Assembly (NCBI GenBank): GCA_038087875.1
Contig: JAXLNO010005446.1
Coordinates: 1-64,000, forward strand
Source: Malacoraja senta
Lineage: Eukaryota
Length of the DNA: 64,000 nt
Reading direction: 5' to 3'
The translations under genes and the position numbers were made by a program. The notes under the pieces are model-generated. The model was given only the letters and a program-made list of their open reading frames with translations, did not search any database and was not told the origin of the DNA. Position 1 is the first letter of the stretch. Each line of letters begins with the position of its first letter. Shown here piece by piece: positions 1 through 11,040 of the stretch.

Positions 1-160
1 CTGATTATGGGTACAACGAAATGCAGTTTTGCGTCAGTCCGTAGTATAGCAATATAGAATTTTTTTAAAAAGAGGATACAGAATAATAAAAAAAATACAG
101 AATAGAAATAATAAACAATGGGGACGGAGGACCGGGAGGAATCTATCGGCGGACTCCGAG

Positions 161-960
161 TTCAGCAATGCGACGGGTGTGATTGTAGAAGCTGTTCCTC
201 ATCCTACTGGTACGAGACCTGAGGCTCCTGTACCGCCTCCCTGATGGGAAGGAGGGCAAACAGTCCATGGTTGGGGTGGGAGGGGTCTTTAATGATCTTC
301 CCAGCCCGTTTCAGACACCGTTTTCGGTGGAGGGCATCCATGGCAGGGAGCGGGGGCACCGATGATGTGCTGCGCGGTCTTCACCACCCGTTGTAGTGCC
401 TTCCTGTCCGCAACAGTGCAGCTGCTGTACCATACCGTGAAGCAGGTGGTCAGGATACTCTCGATGGTACACCGGTAGAAGTTGGTCAGGATCCGGGGGG
501 ACAGGTGGGGTTTCTTGAGCCTCCTCAGAAGTAAAGGCGCTGCTGTGCCTTTTTGATCAGCTTGGAGGTGTTGAGGGACCAGGACAAATCCTCCGAGATG
601 TGACCCCGAGGAATTTGTAGCTGGAGACGCGCTCCACCTCAGTCCCGTTTATATGGATGGGGGTATGTCTGCCCCCACTGACCTTCCTGAAGTCGACAAT
701 AATTTCCTTCGTCTTCTTGGAGTTGAGGACTAGGTTATTGTTGGCACACCAGGTTGTCAGGTGCTGGACCTCCTCTCTGTAGGCTGACTCATCGTTGTCA
801 CTGATCAGTCCTACCACCGTGGTGTCGTCAGCAAATTTAATGATGGCGTTGGATCCGTACTTAGGGATGCAGTCGTGGGTGAAGAGGGAGTAGAGGAGAG
901 GGCTGAGCACACAGCCTGTGGCACGCCGGTGTTCAGTGTTATAGTGGAGGAGGTGAGGTT
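161..960 (-). mobile_element. Rex1/Babar-like LINE, 3' part of reverse transcriptase (degenerate)
   Basis: ORF 557-910(-) LSPLLYSLFTHDC...IIKFADDTTVVGLISDNDESAYREEV...KTKEIIVDFRK, plus C-terminal PSGRRYRS...RNSFY near 190-250. Confidence 0.85.
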
Positions 961-1371
961 GTTGACCCTAACAACCTCACCTCCTCCAAATTTTGTGTCT
1001 AACTTTGCTATAAATCAGCATCTTCAGCATCTTCATGAATGAGCTGCAGTGCATTGCATTCTTTTGAATGTTGCAAGCAAAGAAGAATTTAACAATGTTT
1101 TTAAAAAAGGCATTGGCATTGCGAGCACGCTTGCAGCTTCGCCCGCCCACATTGTGCTGTGGGGAAGTAATATGTCAGGAAGGGGCGGGGATATTTGCAT
1201 TTGTTTTTCTGACGTGTGTGAGGTGCGGCCAGGGGGGCGACCATCGGCACCCGGGCGTCGAGCGAAGCCGGCGAGAGGGGGAGAAGGCGGGAAAGACGGT
1301 TGGAAGCGGCGCGCGTTTCCAACCGCCCGCCCGTTCAAACCCCGGCGGCGGTTGCCAGGGGGAGCCGCCAC

Positions 1372-1540
1372 CGCTCGGCCAATCAGCGACCACCCGGGGG
1401 GCTGTTGCTGGGTGAAAAAGCCCCCCCGCTCGGCCAATCAGCGACCCCAGGGGACAGTTAAAGCCCGCGCTCGGCCAATCAGCGACCACCCGGGGGCTGT
1501 TGCTGGGTGAAAAAGCCCCCCGCTCGGCCAATCAGCGGCC
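1372..1540. promoter_or_regulatory. Tandem promoter array: four CCAAT/Y boxes and two X1(RFX)-like boxes just upstream of the WB-1 start codon
   Basis: CTCGGCCAATCAGCG with CCAAT at 1379, 1434, 1475 and 1528; CTGTTGCTGGG (reverse complement CCCAGCAACAG) at 1402-1412 and 1497-1507; ATG at 1563. Confidence 0.65.
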
Positions 1541-1562
1541 CGGTTGAGGTCTTCCCTCCAAA

Positions 1563-1662
1563 ATGAGGGGCAATGGACGGCGGGGGAATGGCGTCGCTGC
1601 TGGAGCTGCAGCCGCCCTCTCGCTGCTCTTCAACTTCTTCATGCTCGACGCCGCGGCTCTGG
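1563..1662 (+). CDS. WB: WB-1 (MHC W-category beta chain) exon 1, signal peptide
   Basis: MRGNGRRGNGVAAGAAAALSLLFNFFMLDAAAL; A at -3 of the ATG; phase-1 donor G|GTGAGG at 1662/1663. Confidence 0.75.
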
Positions 1663-1679
1663 GTGAGGAGGCTTGGCGG

Positions 1680-4448
1680 GCGGGCGTGGGGAGGGAGGGA
1701 GGGAGGGAGGGAAGATGCGGGACGGTGGAGGTTGAGGGGGTGGAGGGAGAGGAAGGTTGAGGGGGATTAGAGGGGCGAGGGAGTGGAGGGAGGAGGGAGA
1801 GGGTTGAGAAAAAGGAGGGTTGAGGAGGTGAATGGTTGAGGGAAAGGAGGGTGGAGGGAGATGAGGGTCGAGGGAGGAGGGGGTTGAGGGAGAAGGGGGT
1901 GGAGGGGTAAGAGGGGTTGAGGGAGGAGGGGGAAGAGGGGTGGAGGGAGAGGTTGAGGGGGTGAATGGTTGAGGGAGAGGAGGGTGGAGGGAGATGAGGG
2001 TGGAGGGAGATGAGAGTGGTGGAAGATGAGGGTTGAGGGAGGAGGGGGTGGAGGGGTAAGAGGGGTTGAGGGAGGAGGGGGAAGAGGGGTGGAGGGAGAG
2101 GAGGGTTGAGGGAGAGGAGGGTGGAGGGAGATGAGGGTGGAGGGAGATGAGGGTGGAGGGAGATGAGAGTGGTGGAAGATGAGGGTTGAGGGAGATGAGG
2201 GTGGAGGGAGAAGAGGGGGTGGAAGGTTGAGGGAGATGGGGGTGTGGAAGAGGAGGTGGAGGGAGATGAGGGTGGAGGGAGATGAGGGTGGAGGAGATGA
2301 GGGTGGAGGGAGATGAGGGTGGAGGGAGATGAGGTGGAGGGAGAAGAGGGGTTGAGGGGGTGGAAGGTTGAGGGAGATGGGGGTGGAGGGAGATGAGGGT
2401 GGAGGGAGATGAGAGTGGTGGAAGATGAGGGTTGAGGGAGGAGGGGGTGGAGGGAGATGAGGGTTGAGGGAGAAGGGGGAAGAGGGGTTGAGGGAGAAGG
2501 GGGTGGAGGGAGAGGAGGGTTGAGGGAGAGGAGGGTGGAGGGAGATGAGGGTGGAGGGAGATGAGGGTGGAGGGAGATGAGGGTGGAGGGAGATGAGGGT
2601 GGAGGGAGATGAGGGTGGAGGGAGAAGAGGGGGTGGAAGGTTGAGGGAGATGGGGGTGTGGGAAGAGGAGGTGGAGGGAGGAGAGAGTTGAGGGAGAGGA
2701 GGTGGAGAGTTAAGGGAGGAGAGGATGGAGGGAGATGAGGGTGGAGGGAGGAGAGAGTTGAGGGAGAGGAGGTGGAGGGGGGTGGAGAGTTAAGGGAGGA
2801 GAGGGTGGAGGGAGAGGAGGGTTGAGGGAGAAGAGGGTGGAGGGAGATGAGGGTTGAGGAGAAGAGGGTGGAGGGAGATGAGGGTTGAGGGAGAAGGGGG
2901 TGGAGGGAGATGAGGGTTGAGGGAGAAGGGGGTGGAGGGGAAGAGGGGTTGAGGGGGTGGAAGGTTGAGGGAGATGGGGGTGGGGGGAGAGGAGGTGGAG
3001 GGAGGAGAGAGTTGAGGGAGAAGAGGGTTGAGGGGTTGAATGGTTGAGGGAGAGGAGGGTTGAGGGAGAAGAGGGTGGAGGGAGATGAGGGTTGAGGGGG
3101 ATTAGGGTTGAGGGAGAATGGTTGAGGGGGGTGGAAGGTTGAGGGAGATGGGGGTGGGGGGGAGAGGAGGTGGAGGGAGGAGAGAGTGAGGGAGAAGAGA
3201 GTGTGAGGGGGTGGAGAGTTAAGGGAGGAGAGGGTTGAGGGAGAGGAGGTGGAGGGAGAAGAGGGTCAGAGTGTGGAGGGTGGGGGGAGAGGAGGGTTTA
3301 AGGGAGGAGAGGGTGGAGGGAGAAGAGGGTTGAGGGGGTGAATGGTTGAGGGAGAGGAGGGTGAGGGAGAGGAGGGTTGAGGGAGAGGAGGGTGGAGGGA
3401 GAAAGGTGGAGGGAGAAGAGGGTGGAGGGGGATTATGGTGGAGGGGAGGGATGAGAAAGAGGATGGGGAAGAGGGTGGAGGGATGAGGGGGTGGAGGGAG
3501 AGGACGATGGAGGGTTGAGTGGGTGGAGGGATGAGGGCGAGGAGGGTGAGGGAGAGGAGGGTTGGGAGAAGAGGGTTGAGGGAGAAGAGGGTTGAGGACG
3601 GTTGAGGGAGTGGAGGGAGAAGAGGGTTGTGGGAGAAGAGGGTGGAGGGAGAGGAGTTGGAGAGAGGGAGATGAGGGTGGAGGGAGAAGGGGGTGGAGGG
3701 AGAGGAGTTTGAGGGAGAAGGGGGTGTGAGGAGGAGAGGGGGTTGAGGGGGTGGGAGGTTGGGAGAGGGGTGGAGGAGTGGAGGGGGAGGAAGAGGGGAG
3801 GAGAGGGTTGAGGGAGAAGGGGTGGAGGGAGAGGAGGGTTGAGGAGGTGAGGGTGAGGGAGGTGGAGGTGAGGGAGAGGGTTGAGGTAGGTTGAGGAGAG
3901 GGTTGAGGGAGAAGGTGAGGTAGATGAGGAGGGTGAGGGAGGGGGTTGAGGGGGGTTTAGGGTGAGGGGATTGATGGGAGAAGAGGGTGGAGGGTGAGGA
4001 GGGTTGAGGGAGAGGACAATGGAGGGTTGAGTGGGTGGAGGGATGAGGTGCGAGGAGGGGGATTGGGTTGAGGGAGCGGAAGGTTGAGGAGAGGAGAGGT
4101 TGGAGGAGGTGGAGGGTGAGAGAGGATGTGGGGTGAGGAGGGTTGAAGAATGATGTTGTGGGGTGGAGGGTGAAGAAGTGTATGGGGTGAGAGGGTGAAG
4201 GGGGTAGGGAGATGAAGAGGGTGGCAGCTGGAGGTTTGAGAGGGCGTGAGGTTGAAAATAATGGGGTGAAGGGGGTTGGGATGAAGGGGTGGGGCTGGAA
4301 GATGAGGGAGGGGGTGAAGAGGCTGTTGGTGGAGGGTGAGTAGGTGATGTGGAGGATGAGGGGGTGAATAGAGTGGATGGGGGGTTGAACAGGGGTAAAG
4401 AAATTGAAGAGGAAGGGGAGGGTGAGGCTGAATAGGGTAGGGTGGAGG
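1680..4448 (+). repeat. About 2.8-kb G/A-rich low-complexity, minisatellite-like tract in WB-1 intron 1
   Basis: Degenerate GAGGGTGGAGGGAGAT-type units; almost no C on the + strand. Confidence 0.95.
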
Positions 4449-4966
4449 TAAGGAGTGCAGAGGACGTCACGGTGGCGCAGCGGTAGAGTTGAATGAATGA
4501 ATGAATGAATAAGTTTAGCCAAGTGTTCACATACAAGGAATTTGCCTTGGTGCTCTGCCCGCAAGTGACAACATGACCTACAGTGACAGTTAAGAATGAT
4601 ACATGAACCATTAAACATCAATAATAAAACATTATTGATTAAACATGTGAATTCAATGAAATATCAGAGCAAAAGGGTTGCTGCCTTACAGCAAATGCAG
4701 CGCCAGAGACCCGGGTTCCATCCCGACTATGGGTGCAGTCTGTACAGAGTTTGTACTTCTCCCCGTGACTTTTCACCGAGATCTTCGGTTTCCTCCCACA
4801 CCCCATAGATGTACAGGGTTTGTTACGTTAATTGGCTTGGTAAATGTAAAAAATTTACTCTGGTGTGTGTAGGATGGTGTTAATGTGCGGGGATCGCTGG
4901 TCGGCGCAGACCCGGTGGGCCGAAGGGCCTGTTTCCGCGCTGTATCTCTAAACTAAACTAAACTAA
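4449..4966 (+). mobile_element. tRNA-derived V-SINE (HE1-like) interrupted by an inverted LINE 3' tail (about 4480-4676)
   Basis: Box A GTGGCGCAGCGGTAGAGTTG at about 4451-4470, continuing GTTGCTGCCTTACAG at 4677; V-domain GAGTTTGTAC.TTCTCCCCGTGAC; the insert begins with (TGAA)n and recurs at about 33545-33740. Confidence 0.8.
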
Positions 4967-5494
4967 ATGACAGTGGAACAGGGGGGAGAGTAGCACATCG
5001 TCTGGGTTTGACGGTACTGTGCCTGTACTTACTAGAGTTTAGGAGGGGAGCTTCACTGAAGCTTATGGAATAGTGAAAGGCCTGGAAAAGCAGATGTGGG
5101 GAAGATGTTTCCAATACTGGAAGAGTCTAAGACCAGTGGGCACAGCCTCAGAAAGGAATTTCTTTAGCCAGATGGTGGTGAATCTGTGGAATTCATTGCC
5201 ATAGAAAAGTGTGGAGGTCAAGTCATTGGGTATTTTTAGGCAGAGATTGACAGGTTCTTGATTAGCACGGGTGTTATGGGGTTATGGGGGTTACGGGGCG
5301 AAGGCAGGGAATGGGATTGAGAGGGAGAGATATATCAGCCAGGATTGAATGGTGGAGTAGACCTGATGGACTGAGTGGCTTAATTTTGCTCCTTATGGGT
5401 GGGTGAAGAGGGTGAGGGGTGGTGTGTGGGAGTGAAGGCTGGAGAGCAGTGGATAAAGAAAGCATCTTGTCTGGTAACATCACGATCTGACAAT

Positions 5495-5985
5495 AGGACA
5501 ATAGATGCAGGAGTAGGCCATTCGGCCCTTCGAGCCAGCACCGCCATTCAATGTGATCATGGCTGATCATCCCCAATCAGTACCCCGTTCCTGCCTTCTC
5601 TGCATATCCTATCTTTAAGAGCCCGATCCAGCTCTCTCTTGAAAGTATCCATAGAACCGGCCTCCACCGCCCTCTGAGGCAGAGAATTCCACAGACTCAC
5701 CACTCTCTGTGAGAAAAAGTGTCTCCTCGTCTCCATTCTAAATGGCTTGCTCCTTATTCTTAAACTGTGTGTGGCCCCTGGTTCTGGACTTCCCCAACAT
5801 CGGGAACATGTTTCCTGCCTCTAGCGTGTCCAAGCCCTTAACAATCTTATATGTTTCAATCAGATTCCCTCTCATCCTTCTAAACTCCAGAGTGTAGAAG
5901 CCCAGCTGCTCCATTCTCTCAGCATATGACAGTCCCGCCATCCCGGGAATTAACCGTGTAAACCTACGCTGCACTCCCTCAATAA
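5495..5985 (-). mobile_element. CR1/HER1-like LINE, 3' fragment
   Basis: ORF 5738-5974(-) [24 protein letters not shown]...GNMFPMLGKSRTRGH, with the common 3' UTR and GACAATA tail. Confidence 0.9.
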
Positions 5986-6119
5986 TCTATCTAAGGTGGG
6001 GGATGAAGATGGCAGCAGGTAAGGGGAGGAAGAGGGTAGGGTGAAGAGGGCATGTGGTGAATGGGTGTCTTTCACCCCTTGCGGTGCGTAACATCGATTA
6101 TTAATTTTCCGCTCACCAG

Positions 6120-6377
6120 GGATGCACGTGGGCCAAATGAGCTTTTCTTGCGCTGGCGAAGATTTCTCCCTGATGGTCCTGCGATTTGCATTCGACGGCA
6201 AAGAGTTCATCCGCTTCGAATACTCCTCGAACAAGTTTGTAGCCAAACACCCCCTGGCGGAGCCATACGCCGAGGGGCTGAACAAAAATGCAAGAGTTAT
6301 CAAAAATGTTGCCCGCTACATTCGTCGCGTGCCGTTGATCTCGCGCATAGTTAAAGAAGGCATCCGAGCTGAGACGG
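6120..6377 (+). CDS. WB: WB-1 exon 2, membrane-distal beta1 domain (class I alpha2-like)
   Basis: Acceptor ttttccgctcaccAG|; GMHVGQMSFSC...FAFDGKEFIRF...GIRAET aligns with class I alpha2 G91/H93/Q96/C101/A117/D119/G120; donor G|GTAAGG; 258 nt, phase 1-1. Confidence 0.9.
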
Positions 6378-6499
6378 GTAAGGTTTTGCATGGCTTCACA
6401 TCACGCTGAAGGTGGCGGAAATGTTGGAGGGCAACGTGTTCGGTACGGAGGCTGACGGAGATGATGACTTGAGTCTCTGCAAGAGGCAGGGCGGGAGGA

Positions 6500-7075
6500 G
6501 TAGTCCATTCTAGGACATCCGAGATGTCCTCTCAAGTGATATCTGGACTAAACCTACTCCCATCCAGCTTCTTGCAAAGACGCTATCTCTTAAAGGCCTG
6601 TCTCACGAGTCTGCGGTCATTGGCGGCGAAACGGGAAGAATCTGCCGCCATAGACCGCGCACTCGTGAGAACGTACAATTCCGGTGCCGTGCGGCGGTGT
6701 TCCCAACACCGCACGGTGCTAAAATAAAACCGACAATGTTGAAAACTATAATCTTACCGCACAACCTCCGCCAGTGAGGCACGTGCGCGGCACGGCCACA
6801 GGCACAGCCACCGCTACAGCGCCGCGATCAGGACGGCCGCCGCCACAGCCGCCGCTCGTGAGTCACGTGTGGCGGGCCGACGTCATCGCAGTCGGCCCGC
6901 CCTTTTTTTTTACTTACCGCAAGCACGTGGGACCCGCCGTGTTTGAATTAACTCGGTCCCCGCGCAGCATCCGTGCGGCGCTCCAGTGGATAGGCTCGGC
7001 GCTCTCGTCGTTGCCGTGCGGTCCCCGCTACCGGCGACGCCGCGCTTCACCGCCGATGACCGCAAACAGGTAAGA
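6500..7075. promoter_or_regulatory. CpG-rich promoter-like island in WB-1 intron 2 with splice signals on both strands
   Basis: High CpG content; three CACGTG; TGAGTCA; GACGTCA; + donor CAG|GTAAGA at 7069/7070; - strand donor CG|GTAAGT at 6918/6917 and - strand acceptor ttttattttAG at 6719. Confidence 0.35.
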
Positions 7076-7559
7076 CAGAGAGCCTTTACTCTCAGCTTCA
7101 CCGTCTCCCAGGATGAAGCCTGACTACGGGTGCATGTCTGTATAGAGTTCGCAACGTTCTCCCCATGACCTGCTTGGGATTTCTCCGAGATCTTCGGTTT
7201 CCTCCTACACTCCAAAGACAAGCAAAGGCTAATTGGCTTGGTGTAAATGTAAAACATTGTTCCAAGTGTGTGTAGGGTCAGTCAGTCAGTCAATCTTATT
7301 TGTATAGCACATTTAAAACAACTCACGTTGACCAAAGTGCTGTACACCAGTGTAGGTATTGGTGTTATCTACAGACCCCCAAATAATAGACGCAGGATCA
7401 TTTCATTCCAAAAAGGAAGAAAGATTCTAAGGGGAGTAGGAGGCAACTGTGGCTGACAAGAGAAGTTAGGGATAGAATAAAACTAAAAGAAAAGATGTAT
7501 AACACAGCAAAGAGTAGCCAGAAGCCAGAGGATTGGGAAACTTTCATAGAACAACAGAT

Positions 7560-8480
7560 CTATTTAACCTTATCCGCTGCCTCGAGGATATAAAGTGTTG
7601 GATGGCCCAGAAGTTCCTCCAACTAAACGAGAGTAAGTCTGAGGTCATCCTTCTCGGCCCCTCGGACTCAATCAAAATGATAGCAGGCAGCTTTGGAAGC
7701 CTTACCCCATTACTCAAACCTCACGTCAAAAACCTTGCCGTGATATTTGACTCAGCATTGAAATTTGACAAACAAGTCAATGCCGTGGGTAAAAGCTAGC
7801 TTCTTCCAGCTTCGGACGATAACTAAAATAAAACAATTCCTCCAGTTTGATGACCTCGAAAAGATCATCCACACATTTATCTCCTCCCGCCTAGATTACT
7901 GCAACTCCCTCTACACTGGCATCAGCCAATCTTCCCTGTCCCGCGTGCAACTGGTCCAAAACGCCGCAGCGAGACTCCTGACGGGCACCCGAAAAGGGAC
8001 CACATCACCCCGATCCTGGCCTCTCTCCACTGGCTCCCTGTGCGATTCCGAATAATGTCAAGATCCTCCTTTATGTCTACAAAGCCCTCAACGGGCTTTC
8101 CCCCACCTACATCAAAAGTCTTCTCACCCACCACTCCACCTCCAGGTCCCTCAGATCGGCCGACTTGGGGTTGCTGAATATCCCCGCGGTCTAGGCATAA
8201 GCTCAGGGGCGACCGGGCCTTTGTGGTTGCAGCTCCTAGACTGTGGAACAGCATCCCTCTTCCCATCAGAACTGCCCCCTCCATCGACTCCTTTAAGTCG
8301 AGACTTAAAACTCATCTTTACTCCCAAGCCTTTCTTGACGTCCTCTGAGTGAGGGCTACATGTATGTATTTATGTATGTACTTAATCTATGAACCACTGT
8401 TGTATAACATTAGTACCTCCACCAATGTAAAGCACTTTGGTCAACGAGAGTTGTTTTTTAAATGTGATATAGAAATAAAA
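7560..8480 (+). mobile_element. L2-clade LINE, 3' fragment
   Basis: [22 protein letters not shown]...SSRLDYCNSLYTG...LVQNAAARLLTG; near-identical copy at 59515-60265. Confidence 0.88.
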
Positions 8481-8676
8481 GTGACTTTTATTTAGGAAAC
8501 AAAACGGGCCAATACTAGTGTTAATGTGTGGGGAACGCTGGTCGGAACGTACTCGGTGGGCCGAAGGGCCTGTATCACTAAACTAAACCAATTTTCATAC
8601 CTTAAATCATGTTGGCATTGCTTTTCCTGACACGTCGAGCACGTTTACACTCTGTGTCTTTTCCCGTCCACTTCAG

Positions 8677-8961
8677 CGAAGCCAGCGATCACGATAAACT
8701 CAAGGCGTCCAAATGCACACGGACATCCCTTGGTCCTGACCTGCAGAGTGGATGGATTTTACCCGAGGGACATCAATGCCACCTGGCTGCGGAACGGCAA
8801 AGACATCGACCAAGAGGTGCTAAGGAGCAACATTTTGGCCAACTTTGACGGGACGTTCCAGATGCGGCTACAGCTTAGTGTTGACCCCAGCAGAATAGGT
8901 GACACCTATTCCTGCCAAATCACACACAGAAGCGTGACTGACAACCTGACTGCAGTTTGGG
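8677..8961 (+). CDS. WB: WB-1 exon 3, Ig-C1 beta2 domain (class I alpha3-like)
   Basis: Acceptor cttcAG|; AKPAITI...LVLTCRVDGFYPRDINATWLRNG...NFDGTFQMR...YSCQITHRS...AVW; donor G|GTAAGG; 285 nt, phase 1-1. Confidence 0.92.
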
Positions 8962-9326
8962 GTAAGGATCAGAATCGGGACTTCTGCGGCTGATCGGCGG
9001 GTCGAGTTTCCCCCCCCCCCCCACTCCTCTCCTTCCGGGACTCTGGAATTCCGGCCTGGCCAGAAACAACAGATCCATTCCCATCACCGTTCTTCCATGG
9101 CGGACTTTGCAGGCCGGAATCTCAGGGAGGGGGGGGGGGGCCTAACCAAAGTCATATACAGTTGCGAATATAGACACAAAATGCTGGAGTAACTCAGCGC
9201 GACAGGCAGCATCTCTGGAGAGAAGGAATGGGTGACGTTTTGGGTCGAGACCCTTCTCCCACAATATTCCTTCTGATAAAGTTGGGTTTACTGTAACATC
9301 TTCTGACTCTAGCTCTTTTTCTCCAG

Positions 9327-9431
9327 TTCCCCAGAAACAAAACGTACCAGTCTATGGATATGTGGTTGGAATAATGGCTGGATTAGTCGGTATTCTGATT
9401 GCTGTATCTGGAGGAGTCATGAAATGGAAAG
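9327..9431 (+). CDS. WB: WB-1 exon 4, connecting peptide and transmembrane helix
   Basis: Acceptor ctttttctccAG|; VPQKQNVPVYGYVVGIMAGLVGILIAVSGGVMKWK; donor G|GTAGGA; 105 nt. Confidence 0.88.
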
Positions 9432-9614
9432 GTAGGAACATTTTTGCATGTCCTCGTCAGTCTAGGAAAAGTTTTCCTTTATAATCTTGTCTCAGTCCCT
9501 TGCTAATGCCACAATTTGCATGGATGCAAGTATACTGTTGTTCACCACCATTTATGTGGTGACTCTTTGCATACCTTAGGAAAAAGGTTCTGACTATCTA
9601 CCCTATCTATTGTT

Positions 9615-10070
9615 TAAGAAGTCACTGCAGATGCACCCATCTCCTCCGCTTTCGGCTTTCCGCAGAGACCGCTCCCTCCGTAACTCCCTTGGTCCATTCG
9701 TCCCTTCCCACCCGAACCACACCCTCCCCTGGTACTTTCCCTTGCAACCGCAGGAAATGCTACACTTGTCGCTTTAACCTCCCCCCTTGACTCCATCCAA
9801 GGACCCAAGCAGTCTTTCCAGGTGCGGCAGAGGTTCGCCTGCACCTCCTCCAACCTCAGCTATTGCATCCGCTTCTCTATGTGTCAGCTGCTGTACATCG
9901 GTGAGACCAAGTGCAGGCTCGGCGATCGCTTCGCCCCAACACCTCCGCTCAGTTCGCAATAACCAACCTGATCTCCCGGTGGCTCAGCACTTCAACTCCC
10001 CCTCCTATTCCCAATCCGACCTTTCTGTCCTGGGCCTCCTCCATGGCCAGAGTGAGTCTCGTTGCACTTC
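9615..10070 (+). mobile_element. Penelope-like element fragment (GIY-YIG endonuclease region)
   Basis: LYIGETKCRLGDRFA...HLRSVRNNQPDLPVAQHFNSPS. Confidence 0.85.
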
Positions 10071-10158
10071 TCCTTTTCCTAACCTGACACCATTCATATA
10101 ATAATCTGCCTTCTTGTTCTTGCCACCAAAGTGGAAACATTTGATTATCTTTCTGCAG

Positions 10159-10175
10159 GTGAACCAGAACCGTGA
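10159..10175 (+). CDS. WB: WB-1 candidate terminal coding exon (GEPEP*); 3' structure uncertain
   Basis: Acceptor attatctttctgcAG| at 10158; phase-1 entry gives G-E-P-E-P-TGA; alternative endings exist (see findings). Confidence 0.4.
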
Positions 10176-10269
10176 CTCACAATGTGCGCCGAACCACAGT
10201 CAACCCATTACCCTTCCAGATGTGTTGGCCGCTGATATGTCTTCAGGTAAACCACCTCCTCAGCAAACG

Positions 10270-11040
10270 CAAATAGCTAGACTATTATCCGAATGGTGGC
10301 CGATTAGGAAAAGGGGAGATGCAACGAGACCTGGGTGTCATGGTACACCAGTCATTGAAAGTAGGCATGCAGGTGCAGCAGGCAGTGAAGAAAGCGAATG
10401 GTATGTTAGCATTCATAGCAAAAGGATTTGAGTATAGGAGCAGGGAGGTTCTACTGCAGTCGTACAGGGCCTTGGTGAGACCACACCTGGAGTATTGCGT
10501 ACAGTTTTGGTCTCCAAATCTGAGGAAGGACATTCTTGCCATAGAGGGAGTACAGAGAAGGTTCACCAGACTGATTCCTGGGGTGGCAGGACTTTCATAT
10601 GAAGAAAGACTGGATAGACTTGGCTTGTACTTGCTAGAATTTAGAAGATTGAGGGGGGACCTTATAGAAACGTACAAAATTCTTAAGGGGTTGGACAGGC
10701 TAGATGCAGGAAGATTGTTCCCGATGTTTGGGGAAGTCCAGAACAAGGCGTCACAGTTAAGGATAAGGAGGAAGTCTTTTAGGACCGAGATGCGAAAATC
10801 ATTTTTTACACAGAGAATGGTGAATCTGTGGAACTCTCTGCCACAGGTAGTTGAGGCCAGCTCATTGGCTCTATTTAAGAGGGAGTTAGATGTGGCCCAT
10901 GTGGCTAAAGGGATCAGGGGGTCTGGAGAGAAGGCAGGTACGGGATACTGAGTTGGATGATCAGCCATGATCATATTGAATGGCGGTGCAGGCTCGAAGG
11001 GGCCGAATGGCCTACTCCTGCACCTATTGTCTATGTTTCT
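10270..11040 (+). mobile_element. CR1/HER1-like LINE, 3' RT and UTR
   Basis: ORF 10319-10951 QRDLGVMVHQSLK...[13 protein letters not shown]...LWNSLP. Confidence 0.92.

Noticed and set aside
3266-4621. Long Pro/Ser/Leu-rich minus-strand ORFs (451 aa and 392 aa)
   Set aside because: They are the C-rich complement of the GA tract, which rarely contains stops; no domain content or splice context.
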